Below, piece after piece: positions 50,954-64,000 of a stretch of 64,000 bases of DNA (positions within the stretch are counted from its first letter, which is position 1; the number at the start of each line of letters is the position of its first letter). Location of the stretch: assembly GCA_965153285.1 (NCBI GenBank), contig OZ229113.1. The stretch is one strand, 5' to 3'. Below the pieces are notes generated by a model. That model made no database searches. It had not been told where the DNA came from and saw only the letters and a list, made by a program, of their open reading frames with translations. Source of the DNA: Podarcis tiliguerta. Lineage: Eukaryota. The position numbers and the translations under genes were made by a program.

Positions 50954-51718
50954 TGTTTAAAATATTATCTTCATTTGCCAACACAATATTTTTATCTGCA
51001 CTGCTAATTACCAACTACAAGTTGAGTCCAGACTTAATCATGCTTTTAGACTCCTTGAAATCAAATAGTCTTAAATTAGTCTCATTCATTTCATTAGGTC
51101 TATTCTAAACATGGCTAACTCCATACCAATTTATTCCTATGTTTCATGCAGTGCATATATTTGTGTAAATAGACGTTAATGACAAATCATCAGTGCTGAA
51201 GTCTCCTATCTTTGGTATGCTATTTATTAGCCTCTGGCTGGTCAATTTAAATATGGGTTCTCTTCTCAATTGTTTGCATCTCAAGGAGTCTGGTTAGGAA
51301 TTTATGAGGCATGATTCTACATGAGAACAATATATTATTATTAGTCTGTGCTCACTGGAATCACATCAATTTAACTCTGTCGTTAATGACAAAATGAGGG
51401 AAAGCTGCAGTCGGTGTGGAGACTGGAAAGGCAAGAAGAAAAGAAAACATACAGATCTGGGGTAAGCCATCACGCCTTCTAATAGCAAACTCACCCAATG
51501 AGTGCCAACAGGATTGCAAGCAACACACAGCCACTGAGAAACAAGGGGGAGATACCAGCATGCTCAGGGGAAACCCAAGGTTTGCAGAAGCCACTGAAAA
51601 ACTGAGCAAAGAGGATGTCCAGCAGCCACCCTCTTTTCAATGTCTTACTTCATTCTCTCGCGCAGTTTAATACCATGATCTTAAAAACATCACAACAATT
51701 TGGACAAAGCTCCATGTA

Positions 51719-51958
51719 TAGTCATACCTTGGTTCTCGAATTTAATCCATTCTCGAAGCCCGTTTGACTTCGAAACCATTCGAAAACCAAGGCGCCGCTT
51801 CTGATTGGCTGCAGGAGCTTCCTGCACTCAAGCAGAAGCTGAGTTGGATGTTCGGCTTCCGAAAACGATCAAAAACCGGAACACTTACTTCTGGGTTTTC
51901 GGCGTTTGGGAGCCGATTTGTTCGTCAACTAAGCCTTTCGGGAACCAAGGTATGACTG
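51719..51958. mobile_element. Tc1/mariner-type MITE, family A
   Basis: TA|TAGTCATACCTTGGTTC...GAACCAAGGTATGACTG|TA, with the same core as 5977. Confidence 0.85.
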
Positions 51959-53640
51959 TAGTCCAACAAAGCAGCCCCATCATTAGACAGAGTGAGGGAG
52001 TTGGTATGGATGTTACGAAAGGGCCACAGACTGTTTATTATTATTGTATTTCTTCTGCCAGGGAGATGGAGGAGCACTTGGGGGGCTTTCTGCCTTGGGT
52101 GGCAGAATACCATTAGGAACCATTAATTTGTAGAGAGGGCCATTTTTTTGCTGCTCCACCTCAGACATCAGAATATCTTGGGCTTGCCCTGGCTGAACCT
52201 GTGTATATAAAAATTGCTGTGCCACGAAGACATGCTCACACTTCCCCTTGTGGCCAAACATAACAGCACAGGCATCACCATAAGCCCAGAAGTGTCGCAA
52301 GGAAGCAGAGTTTCAATTTGTTAAAATGTCAGTTATAATTAGCGAGTAATCAGTTCAACATTTGTAAGTGACATTTTTACACGTTTAAAACATACTGGGA
52401 GTGAAGCCCTCTGTTATTTACCCATTATTATTTTTTTCTGGATGCAGTGCCACATCAGAGAGCTTTGCAGCTAGAGAGAAGGAGCGATGCAGCAGCACCT
52501 ACAACAAATCCAGGATGATGACTGCACCACAGCCTGTACGCTGCTTGATCATTAGCCAAAGTCTGCTTTCTGAGCGAGTGTCAAAGGCAGTACGTGGGCT
52601 CTGAAAGAAGACAGGCAGAATGTTGTCTTCCACTGTGCTGAGACGTGCAGGGACACACACGCTTCTGTTCCCCATAATACTGAAACCAGCAGCTGTTAAC
52701 AAGGAGTGGGATTAAAAGCAAAAAAGAAGAGGGGTGGGGGAGGAGTGGAAAATATGATCCTTGACCAGAATTCTCAATTCTGCGTTGCTGCCTGAACCTA
52801 AAAATAGGCCGTAAATAAGCAAAGGTTTTCAGATAGTGAGACTCTTTCATATGGAAGCGTTGATAGGATTCCTACCTGGGAGCCTTCACAACATACAATT
52901 GAAGCACATTTGAAGCGGATGACACCACACCCATGCAAACAATCCTGGGAACCATGGTTTGTTAAGGGTGCTGGAAAGTATAGCTCTGTGAGGGGGTAAA
53001 CTAGATTTCTGTCGATACTTTGTGGGAGGCAACGAGCTTTAAATATATGGTGTGTGCGCAGCCATTGTCAGTACGGAGGAAAAAGCCAGAGATTTTTTTT
53101 CATTTAAAGGTGACAATCTTTTTGCTGAAAAACAGAGTGTTGTTGTCATGTATTGGTGAAACAAACTGCACAGAAATGGAGATCCATATGCATTTTTTAG
53201 GAATGTTTTGAAAAGTCTGCTGAAGTAACTTGCACAGCTTATTCTGATGTGTATAGTGATATATTTTATGTATCCAATGTATTTGTTCTTTAAAACTATT
53301 ATTATTGTTATTATGTCATAATACAGTCGTATTATGTATTATGTAATTAATACATAATACAGGGAAACACTGGCCTGTGAGCGCTCCAGTTGGAGAACAG
53401 CTTTTACCCAAGGTGTAATGGGCTTTGAAGACACTCAAACTCAGGACACAAGGGAGTAACGTGCTAAGGGGAAGGCATGCTTGGCAAATCCACACTGTGA
53501 TCAACTCCTGCCCAGAAACCAATGTCCCCAATGTGGAAGGGCATGTGGATCCAGAATTGGCCTCCACAGTCACTTATGGACTCATTGTTAAAACCGTGTT
53601 TATGGAAGACAATCTTACTCGGCTACGAGTGATTGACAAA

Positions 53641-53680
53641 GTAGAAGTAGAAGAAGAAGAAGAAGAAGAAGAAGAAGAAG

Positions 53681-53713
<33 letters not shown>
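53641..53713 (+). repeat. Compound (GAA)n(AAT)n microsatellite
   Basis: Directly visible; it abuts the MITE at 53714. Confidence 0.95.
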
Positions 53714-53714
<1 letters not shown>

Positions 53715-53961
53715 AGTCATACCTTGGTTCCTGAACGCAAACCATTCTGGAAGTCCGTTCGACTTCTGAAAACATTTGAAAACCAAGGTGTGGCTTCCGA
53801 TTGGCTGCAGGAGCTTCCTGTACTCAATCAGAAACTGTGGAAGCCACGTTGGATGTTTGGGTTCCAAAGAAAGTTCGAAAACAGGAACACTTACTTCTCG
53901 GTTTTCTGCATTTGGGAGCCAAAACGTACAAGTGTCAAGGTATTCGAGATCCAAGGTACTG
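53714..53961. mobile_element. Tc1/mariner-type MITE, family A
   Basis: TA|CAGTCATACCTTGGTTC start and shared core; the right TIR is degenerate. Confidence 0.8.
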
Positions 53962-55100
53962 ATATATTTATCTAAGTGGAAGTTGCTGGGAACCACAGAA
54001 AGAGAGAGTGCTCATTTCAGTCCTGCTTATGGGTTTCCCACAGACTTTGCCACTGTAAGAACAGGATGCTGGATGGACCACGGACCTGATCCAGCAGGCT
54101 CTTCTCATTTTCTTATCAGAACTATACTGGGGAGATTATTCTGACCAGTTTGTGGGGTGGGTGTGCGCGCTGCTTCAGTATTCAGTATTCCCATCTCGGT
54201 GGGACTAATAGTGCAATCTTATACCTTTCTACTCAGAATTAAGTCTCAGTGTGTTGATGGGGTTTACTCCCAGGTGAGTGGGCATAGAAATACAATCCCA
54301 GCTCCTTGGGTTTATGAAATAGCCATCAAGCTATGTGATTTTTTTTTAAAAAAGGTGTTCTGGAAAACTTCCAATGTGACTAAGAGTGTTTTATTTCTAC
54401 ATATCACTTCATTCTGATGCTATATATTATCCTATTTCCATGGTTACAACGTAGAGAATTGCCATGAAACATCTCACAGATTTTAATGAAGAGGTGGCTG
54501 CATTCCATTAGTTGGTATAAAGACCTTTCCTGTGCGATGCAGCTTACAATTACTTTATAAAGTTTGCTGAGTGTCTTCCCACAATAAGCACTGGCAGCTG
54601 AAATAATTCTATATTTACTTGCCTTTATGAATGCCACACTAGTAAATACCTCACCACTTTCTTTAAAAGAAAAAGAGAAAAAGCTTTGTTGCAGATGTCC
54701 ACATTGTCGTCTTTCATTTTAAAGATACCTTCTTTGCGTATTATTGGTCCAAGGCTACAATATGGGTTTTGTTATTAATAAAACCTTTTCTTATCCACAT
54801 TTATCTGAACCTGAATGGTGTTCAAGGCCTCACTAGAATGCAGCGCATAGTAGCTGGTCATCTTCCTGTGCAGGCAAGAACAATCTTTTCTGTCCTGGTT
54901 CAGTTGAAATTTAATAAAATAAGGAAGTGTATGGGGAAAAGAAATGTTCTCTCCATTACTGAAAGAAAGCCTTTGGTTTGCAAATTGACCATCCATATGC
55001 CAATATACAGGTAACACTTGAGGGTTGAATCAGACTAACGGTGTAGTCCTGAGCATTTCTGCTCAGACATATCTTCTGTTGAATTCAGTGAGGCTTACTC

Positions 55101-56210
55101 TGTGGTTTTTAAGAAGAAGTTTTTCTTCTTCTTAAATGACTGAATATTTCTTGGTAGAAGCTTTCAACCAATAAGCAGCCGAGACAGTTGGAGCCTGTCT
55201 GCCTTCTCAAGACAGGGAGTTTGCATTATCTCCCAGGTGTGGTGGGGGGAAAGGATGTGAAGTTGTAGAGAAGGACTTTTGTCTCCAGATGAGGAAGGCC
55301 TGCAAAAGGTGGAGAGGTCTCTCTTTGTTCACCTTTGTCCATCTAGGTAAGCAAAGAGGCATTGTCACAGTTTAAGTATGCATCCCAGCCTGGCAAAAGC
55401 ACTCAAGGAGGATGCAGGACAGAGCCAGAGAAGGATAGGACCTGAGAAAAAGGAGGTGTGGCCTAGGGAAAGACACCTTGGTTGAAGAGAGGCCTGAGGT
55501 TTGTGGGTAGAGAGGCCTGAGGACTTCAGCCTCTGGGCCGGAGGTTCCTCACTCTTGTTATGGTGAATCAGACCACTGGTCCTGGTAGCTCTACAGGGTT
55601 TCAGATGGGGTTCCCCCGGCCATTCCTGGTGGACCTGGATTGGGCTTGAGGCCTTTTCAATACAAAACCAAGACTACTGTCTGTAATGAATGCTCTGTGT
55701 TGGTATGTGCCAAGTGTTATTCTTGTAGGCTAAACCAGCCTCATATAAGCAGCATGCTTGAGTCTACTGAATGCATGAAGGGGTTACTGCCATAGAGGAA
55801 GCTGTCCTGCCAGGCTTAGCCTAGGTCATGTCCCCTCACCTTGGAAGGAAATAACCAAGCTTTTGGTCCCTCAGTCTACATGTGAACTTTGGTGTGTGAG
55901 GAGTGCTGAGCTGCTCCCTCCAGCCACATGGTTTTAGCCAGGCTTTTTTGTTTCAGACAAGAATGGAATCTGAAACGAGTGTTATCCTATAGTAACTTTT
56001 ACCATTTTGTAACCAAGCAACCTTTTATTGCCTCTGCAACTCTTTCTGACTGCTGTATGGAAAAGCACACGAACATGACCTTCGGCGAGTTTCTAAATAA
56101 ACCATTTTTATAACTTACCAAATGTGCGGTCTATCTGTGTGCTGGGGAAGAGGAAACTTTGGAAGGAAATTTAAAAGGGGGATAATTTGGAATTCAGCAC
56201 AAAGAGCACA
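55101..56210 (+). mobile_element. LTR-like insertion, ~1.1 kb (unclassified)
   Basis: Interrupts a short palindromic repeat. Starts TG, has CCAAT near the 5' end and AATAAA at ~56096, and has candidate CA ends. No TSD resolved. Confidence 0.35.
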
Positions 56211-56561
56211 TTTTAAAGGTTTCACAGCCTATATTTCTATGCTTTCCTTTGCTGCATGTCTTGCCATGTTAAATCTCTGTTGAAGTTCTCTCACCAAAGA
56301 GTAGCTGCCCCCAGCCTGGGTCCTGGCTTTCAGGATTTCCCAACAATTCTCTCCTCTCTCTCCTCTTGTGTTCAGAAGCCTGGGATTTTTAGAAGTGAAG
56401 AACCTGGACTTGGATGATGCTTACTAGGTAGCAGGTTTATTTCAGACTAACTTCCTTGCTTATGTGGACATGTAGACTGGTGTTCTTTCTTCCAGAATTC
56501 CCTTCCTCCTTGTCTGCCTACTGTAAGTCCTGAGGTAGAGTTATCTATGCTTACCCCAGAG

Positions 56562-56695
56562 CAGGGTTTCAAAAAAATTGGGTCTTCAGTTGTTTTTGGA
56601 TTGCAATTCCCATCATTGACCACTGGTTCTGCTGGCAAGGGATGATGGGAGTTGTAGTCTAAAAACAGCTGGAGACCCAAGTTTGGGAAGCCCTG
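56562..56695. mobile_element. hAT-type MITE with 8 bp TSD
   Basis: CAGGG(T/C)TTC TIRs, internal palindrome, and TSD CCCCAGAG / CCACAGAG. Confidence 0.85.
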
Positions 56696-57484
56696 CCACA
56701 GAGCAAGAAATGGATCAAGAAATAGATCTGTCATAGATATTTCTCCTCCAAAGGAGCTCAGAACATGTTTTCCCTTTTTATCTGCAGAACAACAGCTCTA
56801 TGAGGTATCATTTTAAGGATGTGATCCTGCATTTTAAGACTGCAGTGCTGAAATGAAAGGAAGTTCCCCTGAATGAAGTAAGGCTTATTTCCAAGTTTTA
56901 CAAAATTATCCTTTATATTTAAATCTTGCTGAACTGAATGTTCTGGTATAGCAGAATGTAAATAATAAGACAAATATTTTCTCTTCCAGCCCTCCCATAT
57001 TCCTATTACAGACACTCCTGGCAGCACATTCATGCTGGTTCTCACACCTCTGGAACATTCTGCTACAAAGAAGGTTTTCACACAATGCTTGCCACAGAAT
57101 CAGCAATCTACAGTTCAGCTAATTTCTCTGAGCTCATTTCTGGAAGGTCAGAATTCACAAAACCATAAATGAGAATTCTTACAGAGAATTCAAGTCATCC
57201 TGATTAAACTTCAGTTCCCAGACTTCTCTGGGAGAAGGCTGCACAATTTAAACAGCTGTAAGTCATGTGCAGTGTGCATGCCCTGTGCCAGCAACAATAA
57301 TAATTTATGATTAGAGCTCTTGGAAGTGCGGTTCTCCTGCCCTCGCCCTGCTCTCAGCAAGTGAGATGAAGACATCTGTATCCCATATAGCCAAAATGGT
57401 TTTGAATTTAAGGTGATATGGCAAAAAGGAAGGCATCTAAATATTTTACTGCCTCTTTCTTCATCTGCCCTTGATTGCAGCAGT

Positions 57485-58080
57485 CAAAAACAAACCCCTG
57501 TGTTGCAATGAGAACCAATCACAGAAATATAGACACAACACATAGGCTAATAACTGTTAAATCATATATAATAAAATAATGATATCATTCAGAGTTCAGA
57601 CTAGTGGCACAGAACGTCAAGCCAAAAGTCTACTACTGTTTCGTGATAGTCTTAATCAGCTGAAAATACAATACAAAGCATACAGCCAATGAATGATAAC
57701 AAAATTGAGCTACCCACATACACATTGTATAATAAAACAGAAGATACAAAACAAAGTGTATAAAGAAAGGTACGTACCCAATATTTTTCATAAGAGACTT
57801 TTGGGACATCTTCCGTTGAAACTTTTGAAAAACTATTGAGAAAACTTTACTTCTTAGACTTTTGAGACATCTTTTGTTGAAACCTTTGAATAACCATTGT
57901 GAGACTGACCTTCGACGCCTATCTTGAACACATGACTTCTGCACCACTAGTCTGTTACATTGTATATATGAACTCTAATAGATTTATTTCTACCTTTTGA
58001 ATGATATATTATTCTATTATATATGATTTAACAGTTATTAGCCTACGTGTTGTGTCTATATTTCTGTCTATATTTCTGTG
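57485..58080. repeat. Unclassified 596 bp insertion with long inverted arms and a 15 bp flanking direct repeat
   Basis: CTTGATTGCAGCAGT at 57470-57484 and 58081-58095. Inverted arms at 57520-57591 and 57998-58067. Confidence 0.8.
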
Positions 58081-60003
58081 CTTGATTGCAGCAGTAGCAA
58101 TATCCACCGCCTTTCATTTTAAACATTAAGGCTGCATTTGTTGGCACGTCTGCTCTGGCAGAAGTCCATTAGTGCCAACCAGACTGACTCTCAAGTATGT
58201 GTGTGTATGATTGCAGCCTAAGTGTGTGTGAATACTCTCTCTTTCTCTCTCTCTCTCTCACACACACTTTATATGCGGGTGGGCGGGTGGTATCAGGTAC
58301 GCACAATGGTAGACCTGAAATTGCATTGCTTTCTTAAGCTGTAATCAAGAATGCTATTTTTTGTTTTTGTTTTGCTCCCAGAAAGCTGCATTAAGATAAC
58401 ACCTGGAGTATAAATATAGTGCTTGAGTTTAAAAATGATAGTAATTTTTCACCAGTCCAATGTACGTGGGCTGGTCAGGTCTCATCTTTGGCACAATTGC
58501 TATTCAAAAGCAGCAGATCTGACTTTGTGTTCAGTTTTCAGCAGAGCCTTCAATCTTTTTGTCAGCTAGGCCTCCTCCTCCTCTTCTCTCCCCCTCCCCC
58601 TCTTTCTGTGTTACAATTTCCAAATACATATTATTCATCCTTACAACAGGAGGAAAAGGTTTCATAAACATTTAGGTGCCCTAAGTGGAGATATCCATGC
58701 CTATGTGAATTGCATTTTCCAAATATGTATTACTCATCCTTTCAGCTGAAGCAAAAGCTTCCATAAAATATTTGAAGTGTCCAGAGTTTAAGATAACCTT
58801 AGCATATCAGCCCATAGCAGAAGGTATATAGGAGATTAGATGAAACACTTTATTAACATTTCACAAAAAAGAACACCATTTGAACACTATATATTGCTAT
58901 AAGTACACACGTGTAGTGCATTTGCACAGTTTCTTGCTCAGATGTCTTCAAAAACAGATCAGCCTTAACCAACTTGGTGCCCTGTAGATGTTTTGGGAAA
59001 CAGCTCTCCATTCAACCCAGCCATGCTGGCTGGGGCTGATGAGAGTTTTAGTTTAAAACATTTGGAGGGCAACAGGTAGGTTGACAAAATTTGAATTAGA
59101 GAATTTCACAGAGAACAGGTCTACCAGTAACAGCTAAACGGAAGTTTGATGTTGAGAAGCATCAGGAGATGCTGGGGCCAATAATAAGGGAAGACCACTT
59201 GGTGTACTGCTTACGAGCACTGAGAGTTATCTCATTCATTCTGGATGGGTACAGAAAGCTGAATGAGTTGCTCCTTGCTCTGATCCAATAAAGTAATTAT
59301 TATGTGCTTAGTTTGCACAACCTGAGAATTTCTATGAGCCCAAATCCAGGGTGGTTTTCTTTTTTGGGTCTAGGTGTCTTGATTTAATTCCTGTTTGTAG
59401 ACCAGTCACCCACAAGACCTTAGGGCATAGTCATGTGGGAGATGATCCAATAGCAACCCCCCCCCCCCCAATGGCAAGAAAATCACCCACCGTGGCCTAT
59501 GAATAGATGGAGAACTGACATTGAAGAAATCTCTGCCCTCCATTAGATACAACATTAAATAATTAAACTGTATGTTTACAGTACTTGCTTACAGCATATG
59601 GCTCTCAGCCTCACGGCCATTTCTGTCTCTCCACTTAACCAAGACTGTCACCTGAGGGCATTCACATGATAGCAAAATGCTGTTTGCATTTCCACATTGT
59701 GGTTGTAAAACGTACAAGAGCTAGAATATACATTGGACGAGGTTTGAAGGGTTTTTTGTTTTTTCTTAAACTGAGGCTGTTGGGTGTGTTTTTTAACTGT
59801 CTTCTACATTTCATCCCACATTAACAACATTCGCACATATATAAAAATTGCAAGAAGAAGAAAAATCTTGAAAGTGCATTTAGTATCATCTGGGGAAATA
59901 CTCTAAGTTGCTCCTCTCCAGGAAATGAAATAAAATGTTCCAAAGCAGAGGTAGGAACCTGTGGCCCTCTAGATGTTGTCAAACTTCAAGAGCCCTTCAA
60001 ATA

Positions 60004-60254
60004 CAGTGGTACCTTGGTTCCTCAGCTTAATCCGTTCCGGGAGTCTGTTCGACTCCCAAAATGGTTTGAAAACCAAGGCGTGACTTCCGATTGGCTGAAG
60101 AAGCTTCCTGCACTCAATTGGAAGCCCCAGAAGCCGTGTCGGACATTTGGCTTCCGAAAAATGTTCACAAACCGGAACACTCAGTTCCAGGTTTGCGGTG
60201 TTCAGGAGCCGATTTGTTCAGGAGCCAAGCCGTTCGTCTACCAAGGTACCACTG
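60004..60254. mobile_element. Tc1/mariner-type MITE, family A
   Basis: TA|CAGTGGTACCTTGGT...ACCAAGGTACCACTG|TA, a perfect 15 bp TIR, with the shared core. Confidence 0.9.
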
Positions 60255-61466
60255 TATTATAATTATTGTACATTTGTGATGATTTGTGCTCATGATGGTA
60301 TCAGGGCATTTATACACAATCCTACTTTTAATTGAGTTTGCAACTGCAGAAGTTTTGGGGTGGACATACTGTTTTGTCTCCATATAACTTCCTGCTGAAA
60401 TCCAGTAACTTCTTATGCCACGAATGTTCTGGTTTATTTTTGCGGGTGTGTGACAGGATAAGAATTATGTTCACTGTGCCTTTCACTTCACCACTGAATA
60501 TCTGCAACCTGTCACCACCACACAGTTAGGATTAGGGAACAAATGCACCTAGCAGATGGCATGGATTGAAGGAAGTCTTGAGCCCCAGGATTTCTCTTTT
60601 AAAAAGAATTAAGCACTGGTGGTGGAACTCAGAAAGCTCTGTTTGTGCCAGCTGATATTTAAGTAACTGAAATCAATAACCTGTGTCAGCTTGTAGCAGA
60701 GTATAGGCAGAGGACAAAAGCATCTGTGCTAACAGTTGTCTGTTTCTACTTTGGTCACAAAAGGTCTTAGTGAAGTTCACTATCTTGGCCAGCACAACAC
60801 TCGTCTGTCTGAAGGACCCTTCAATGGGGGTCTTGTTTGGGAACAAGCCATCTTTTTGAGGCCACTGGGGGTGGGGAGCATCGTACAAAACACAAAAACT
60901 GGCGTTTTGAGCAGATGAAGGGAGACAAAAATAAATAGACATAATTTGATTTGTGTGCTTTGAGAGGGGAGGGATATTTAATAAGCATGTACACTTGTGG
61001 ATCTCAGTGTTAGACAGAATAATAATACAAGCTTCACTCAAATTGACTGTACTCCGATGGCTTGTTTACACCGCAATTCATATTTGCACAACGGTACCCC
61101 ATTAGGCTTGAACAGTTCTTATTTTCTTTTAATTTCTGATAAAAGGTTATGCAAGTTCTCACATCCCACCCACCCTCAGCTCATGCACCAAGTACTTTTG
61201 TGGGGAATGCTTCCTACATTTCCACTTCTGTGCTAAAGCACCAGACAGTCTGTAGGGCAGCTTTTCTCAACCTGGGAGTTAGATATTTCCCTTAGATTCC
61301 AACAGCAGCTCCTTATGCCCTGACACAAACCCCAGACTGCCAAGCCCTGAAGTGAACTCTCAGTATATATTTTAAGGGCACAGGGAACCTGCAGTTGGAC
61401 TCTAACTCCCATCACCCCAGCCAGCATGGGGATAATGGAAGCTGTAGTCCAACAACTTTGCCTAAG

Positions 61467-61868
61467 TGTCTGGGCCAGCAATCAGCTTCACCTGCTGAAC
61501 AGCAGCCTGAAGGGGGAGAAGGCAAAGTGAGTCCACCTGCAGCTGATCAGCCTTCAAGAACACAGAGGAGAAGGCCCTGATGAGAATCAGTTGGCTTCAG
61601 CCTTCCTAAGCAGAGCTTCCAACAGCAGTCAGTTGCTGGTAACAACACTAGTAGTTCCTGGTCCTACCTTGCTGCTTCCTGTTCATCTTGATCCTGACCA
61701 TCAGATTCATCTGACCATGGGGATTGCTGTTTGCCCAACCCTGCGACTGGACCTGACTTTAGATACAGACCCTGCCTCCAGGCAAGTATACCTCCAAGAC
61801 TTTTCTGGTTGGCTGGCCTCCAAGTCCACTGAGCTCTGCTTGTTCTTGCTCAGCATGAGACTACAACA
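61467..61868 (+). mobile_element. Possible old solo LTR (402 bp)
   Basis: TGT...ACA ends with a near-TSD CTAAG/CCAAG; GC-richer than the flanks; abuts a MITE arm. Confidence 0.4.
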
Positions 61869-64000
61869 CCAAGTCAGGTTTACATATTGATTTGGGGCCT
61901 CCTGTTTCTGGAAGATTGCCCCCTGGTTTTAATGGTGTCTGCCACACTCATGGATTTCTTTATGTTTACATTTAGCAGCTGGGCAACAAGGGAGAATTGG
62001 TGGCATACTATTAAGTGGGCATGGGTCTTTGGCATGGCTGAAGTATGGTCCAAGCATATAAGCCCAAGCAAGGCCCATGGCATACCCCGCAAGTGTCCTG
62101 GAAAACCTAGGACATCCTATTAAAAAGAAAGGGCAAAGGGGTTGTGCTGGATGTAGTAGGTGATTGGAAGCCAAAGTAGGGCTTTGAGGAAGGGTGTGTG
62201 TGTGTGTAACACAGTCTAAATAATGGTAGAAGATGATAATATTTTTTTGCAGCAGAGTTTCTGGACAGAGGCAAGGAAACTGAGTCGTGGCAAAGGAGAA
62301 GCTAGAGAACAAAGTTGCAGTGAATAAAGGTCAGAGATGGCTAGCGTCTGGGCCAGGGTTTTGGTTGAGGAAGAATGGGTGGGTTTTTAAAAGCAAAAGC
62401 AAATGACTTGATTGTGCATTAAAGGAGCAAAGGAGAGGGAAACTGAGTTGAATGTATGAGAATTTTTGCTTGGATATTCTGAATTTGAGATGGAACATCC
62501 AAACAGAAATATTGTTGGAAGGCTGTCCGACAAAAAGTCTCTATCCCAGACTATTTTCTTCACCTGCTCTTGCATCTCCAAAGGCGAGGCCTCATGGGCT
62601 GTTCAGACAGAAGGCGTCATGCGTTCACATTCAGTGGGCATAGGAGGGGGAAGCAGGATTGCATCCATGGTGTTTGTCTGAAAGGGACCTACAGGTGTAC
62701 AGATGCATGTGTGCATCTGCTTAACACCACCAGGAGTCCTGACTGGCCAGCACTCTCACTCACATAGTGTCATCCTTCATGTTCATGCAGAGGCGTATTT
62801 AGGGGAGCGCAACCAGTCTGGTCGCACTGGGTGCTGAGCCTCAGCGATGCCACAGGGAAAATTGCAACTATTATTTAGAATGGAGTGCGAGAGGTGGGGG
62901 GTTTTAGCGTTGCACAGGGTGCTACTGAAATTCAAGATCCGACTGGTGCATGTCTGTACCGGGATTTGGGTTTGCTATTCTGTACTTGTTCAGCTTTTGA
63001 TCACGCTATCATAACTCAAACTCATCTGTCGTGGTTCACATTTTGTTAAACATACATGATCTTGGCCCACTCTAGTGGTTTGCAAAAATAGAATGATTGC
63101 TTTTCATCCTCCGAATAATGTTGTGAGCCTAGTTTACAAAATGGATATTGCTATTTACAGTTATTCATGGCCCACCATCAAGTAGCCATTTGTATGTTTT
63201 CAGGGGTATTGTAATGCATCTGTCTTGTGGTGCCACATTAAGTATGACATGCTCTTTGCCTCAGTCTACATTTGAAAAAGAATTTTAATGAGGTTCAGGG
63301 GTGCCAACGTGAATAAAATATTGCAGGGTAGGCAAGCCCAACCCCATATCATTGATGTGACACACACACCCCATTTAAATGGCAATTCCCAACAACTTTG
63401 GGGGTACCTGGTCCCATCAAATATTTTATTGGGGGGCAAAAGAGACCTTGGCCTCTAGGAGTTGGCTCCTATGATGAGATTTGTGCCTGTGACTGAACAA
63501 AATACTTTGCTTTACTATTTTGCTATTATTTTTTAACTCACCTCCTCCTGTTGCTGGCCCTGTTTTATTTATTCTTACTTATATTTTTGGGGTGATGCTG
63601 AGAAATGTCTCATGTCTTAAAGTTCTACTTTAAGCCTTATCAGTTTGTGTACTCCTCTCTTGATCATGCAGTTGCAGTGATCCAACTCAAAATTTATAAT
63701 GCTCAATCTACCACCCAGTGTAGAAAAAAATTGGTACAGTATAAGTAATAGTTTTGTTTCCACAACCCCACTCCATTCCCCTCCCCTCAGCTTGTTCATT
63801 TAGCCTCAGGGCACAGACTTCTAAGCAACATTTTTGCACTAATTATTGACCCATTTCATTGATAGAAATTCCTCTGGGAGAAGCTCAGAGAATCGTTCTT
63901 GTAAAATTTATTTGCCTATGTATTTATAAAGCTACTAGTACCTCTAAGTATTTCTATCTTACTCTACCCCCATCCCCTGCCAGTCATGTAAATGGAGAGC

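Noticed and set aside
53425-53996. Poly-E/N and poly-L/S ORFs
   Set aside because: Translations of the (GAA)n(AAT)n microsatellite and the adjacent MITE.
44000-64000. Exons of the next syntenic gene (CD47 follows BBX in human, as recalled)
   Set aside because: No recognisable coding exon was found. Short or divergent exons cannot be excluded by eye.

Overview
Vertebrate genomic DNA, most likely from a lacertid lizard (inferred from Sauria/POM-type SINEs and other squamate repeats). Bases 1-~19.8 kb hold the 3' half of BBX (HMG-box transcription factor Bobby sox homolog) on the + strand: seven phase-consistent coding exons ending ...PVLISCADQ*, then a ~6.9 kb putative 3' UTR. The last intron has a 200-N gap. 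The remaining ~44 kb has no recognisable host gene and carries many transposons: one CR1 LINE with both ORFs intact, older CR1, L2 and L1 fragments, tRNA-derived SINEs, Tc1/mariner-type and hAT-type MITEs, and solo LTRs. Three observations stand out. (1) The CR1 ORF1/ORF2 junction has a correctly phased U_UUA_AAC slippery heptamer directly before the ORF1 stop, with ORF2 open in the -1 frame, which suggests programmed -1 frameshifting. (2) An internal BBX coding segment appears to have decayed, with a shift to an internal splice acceptor. (3) There is an unclassified ~600 bp fold-back insertion with a perfect 15 bp flanking duplication. Comparisons with human BBX and repeat family names come from memory, not from a search.
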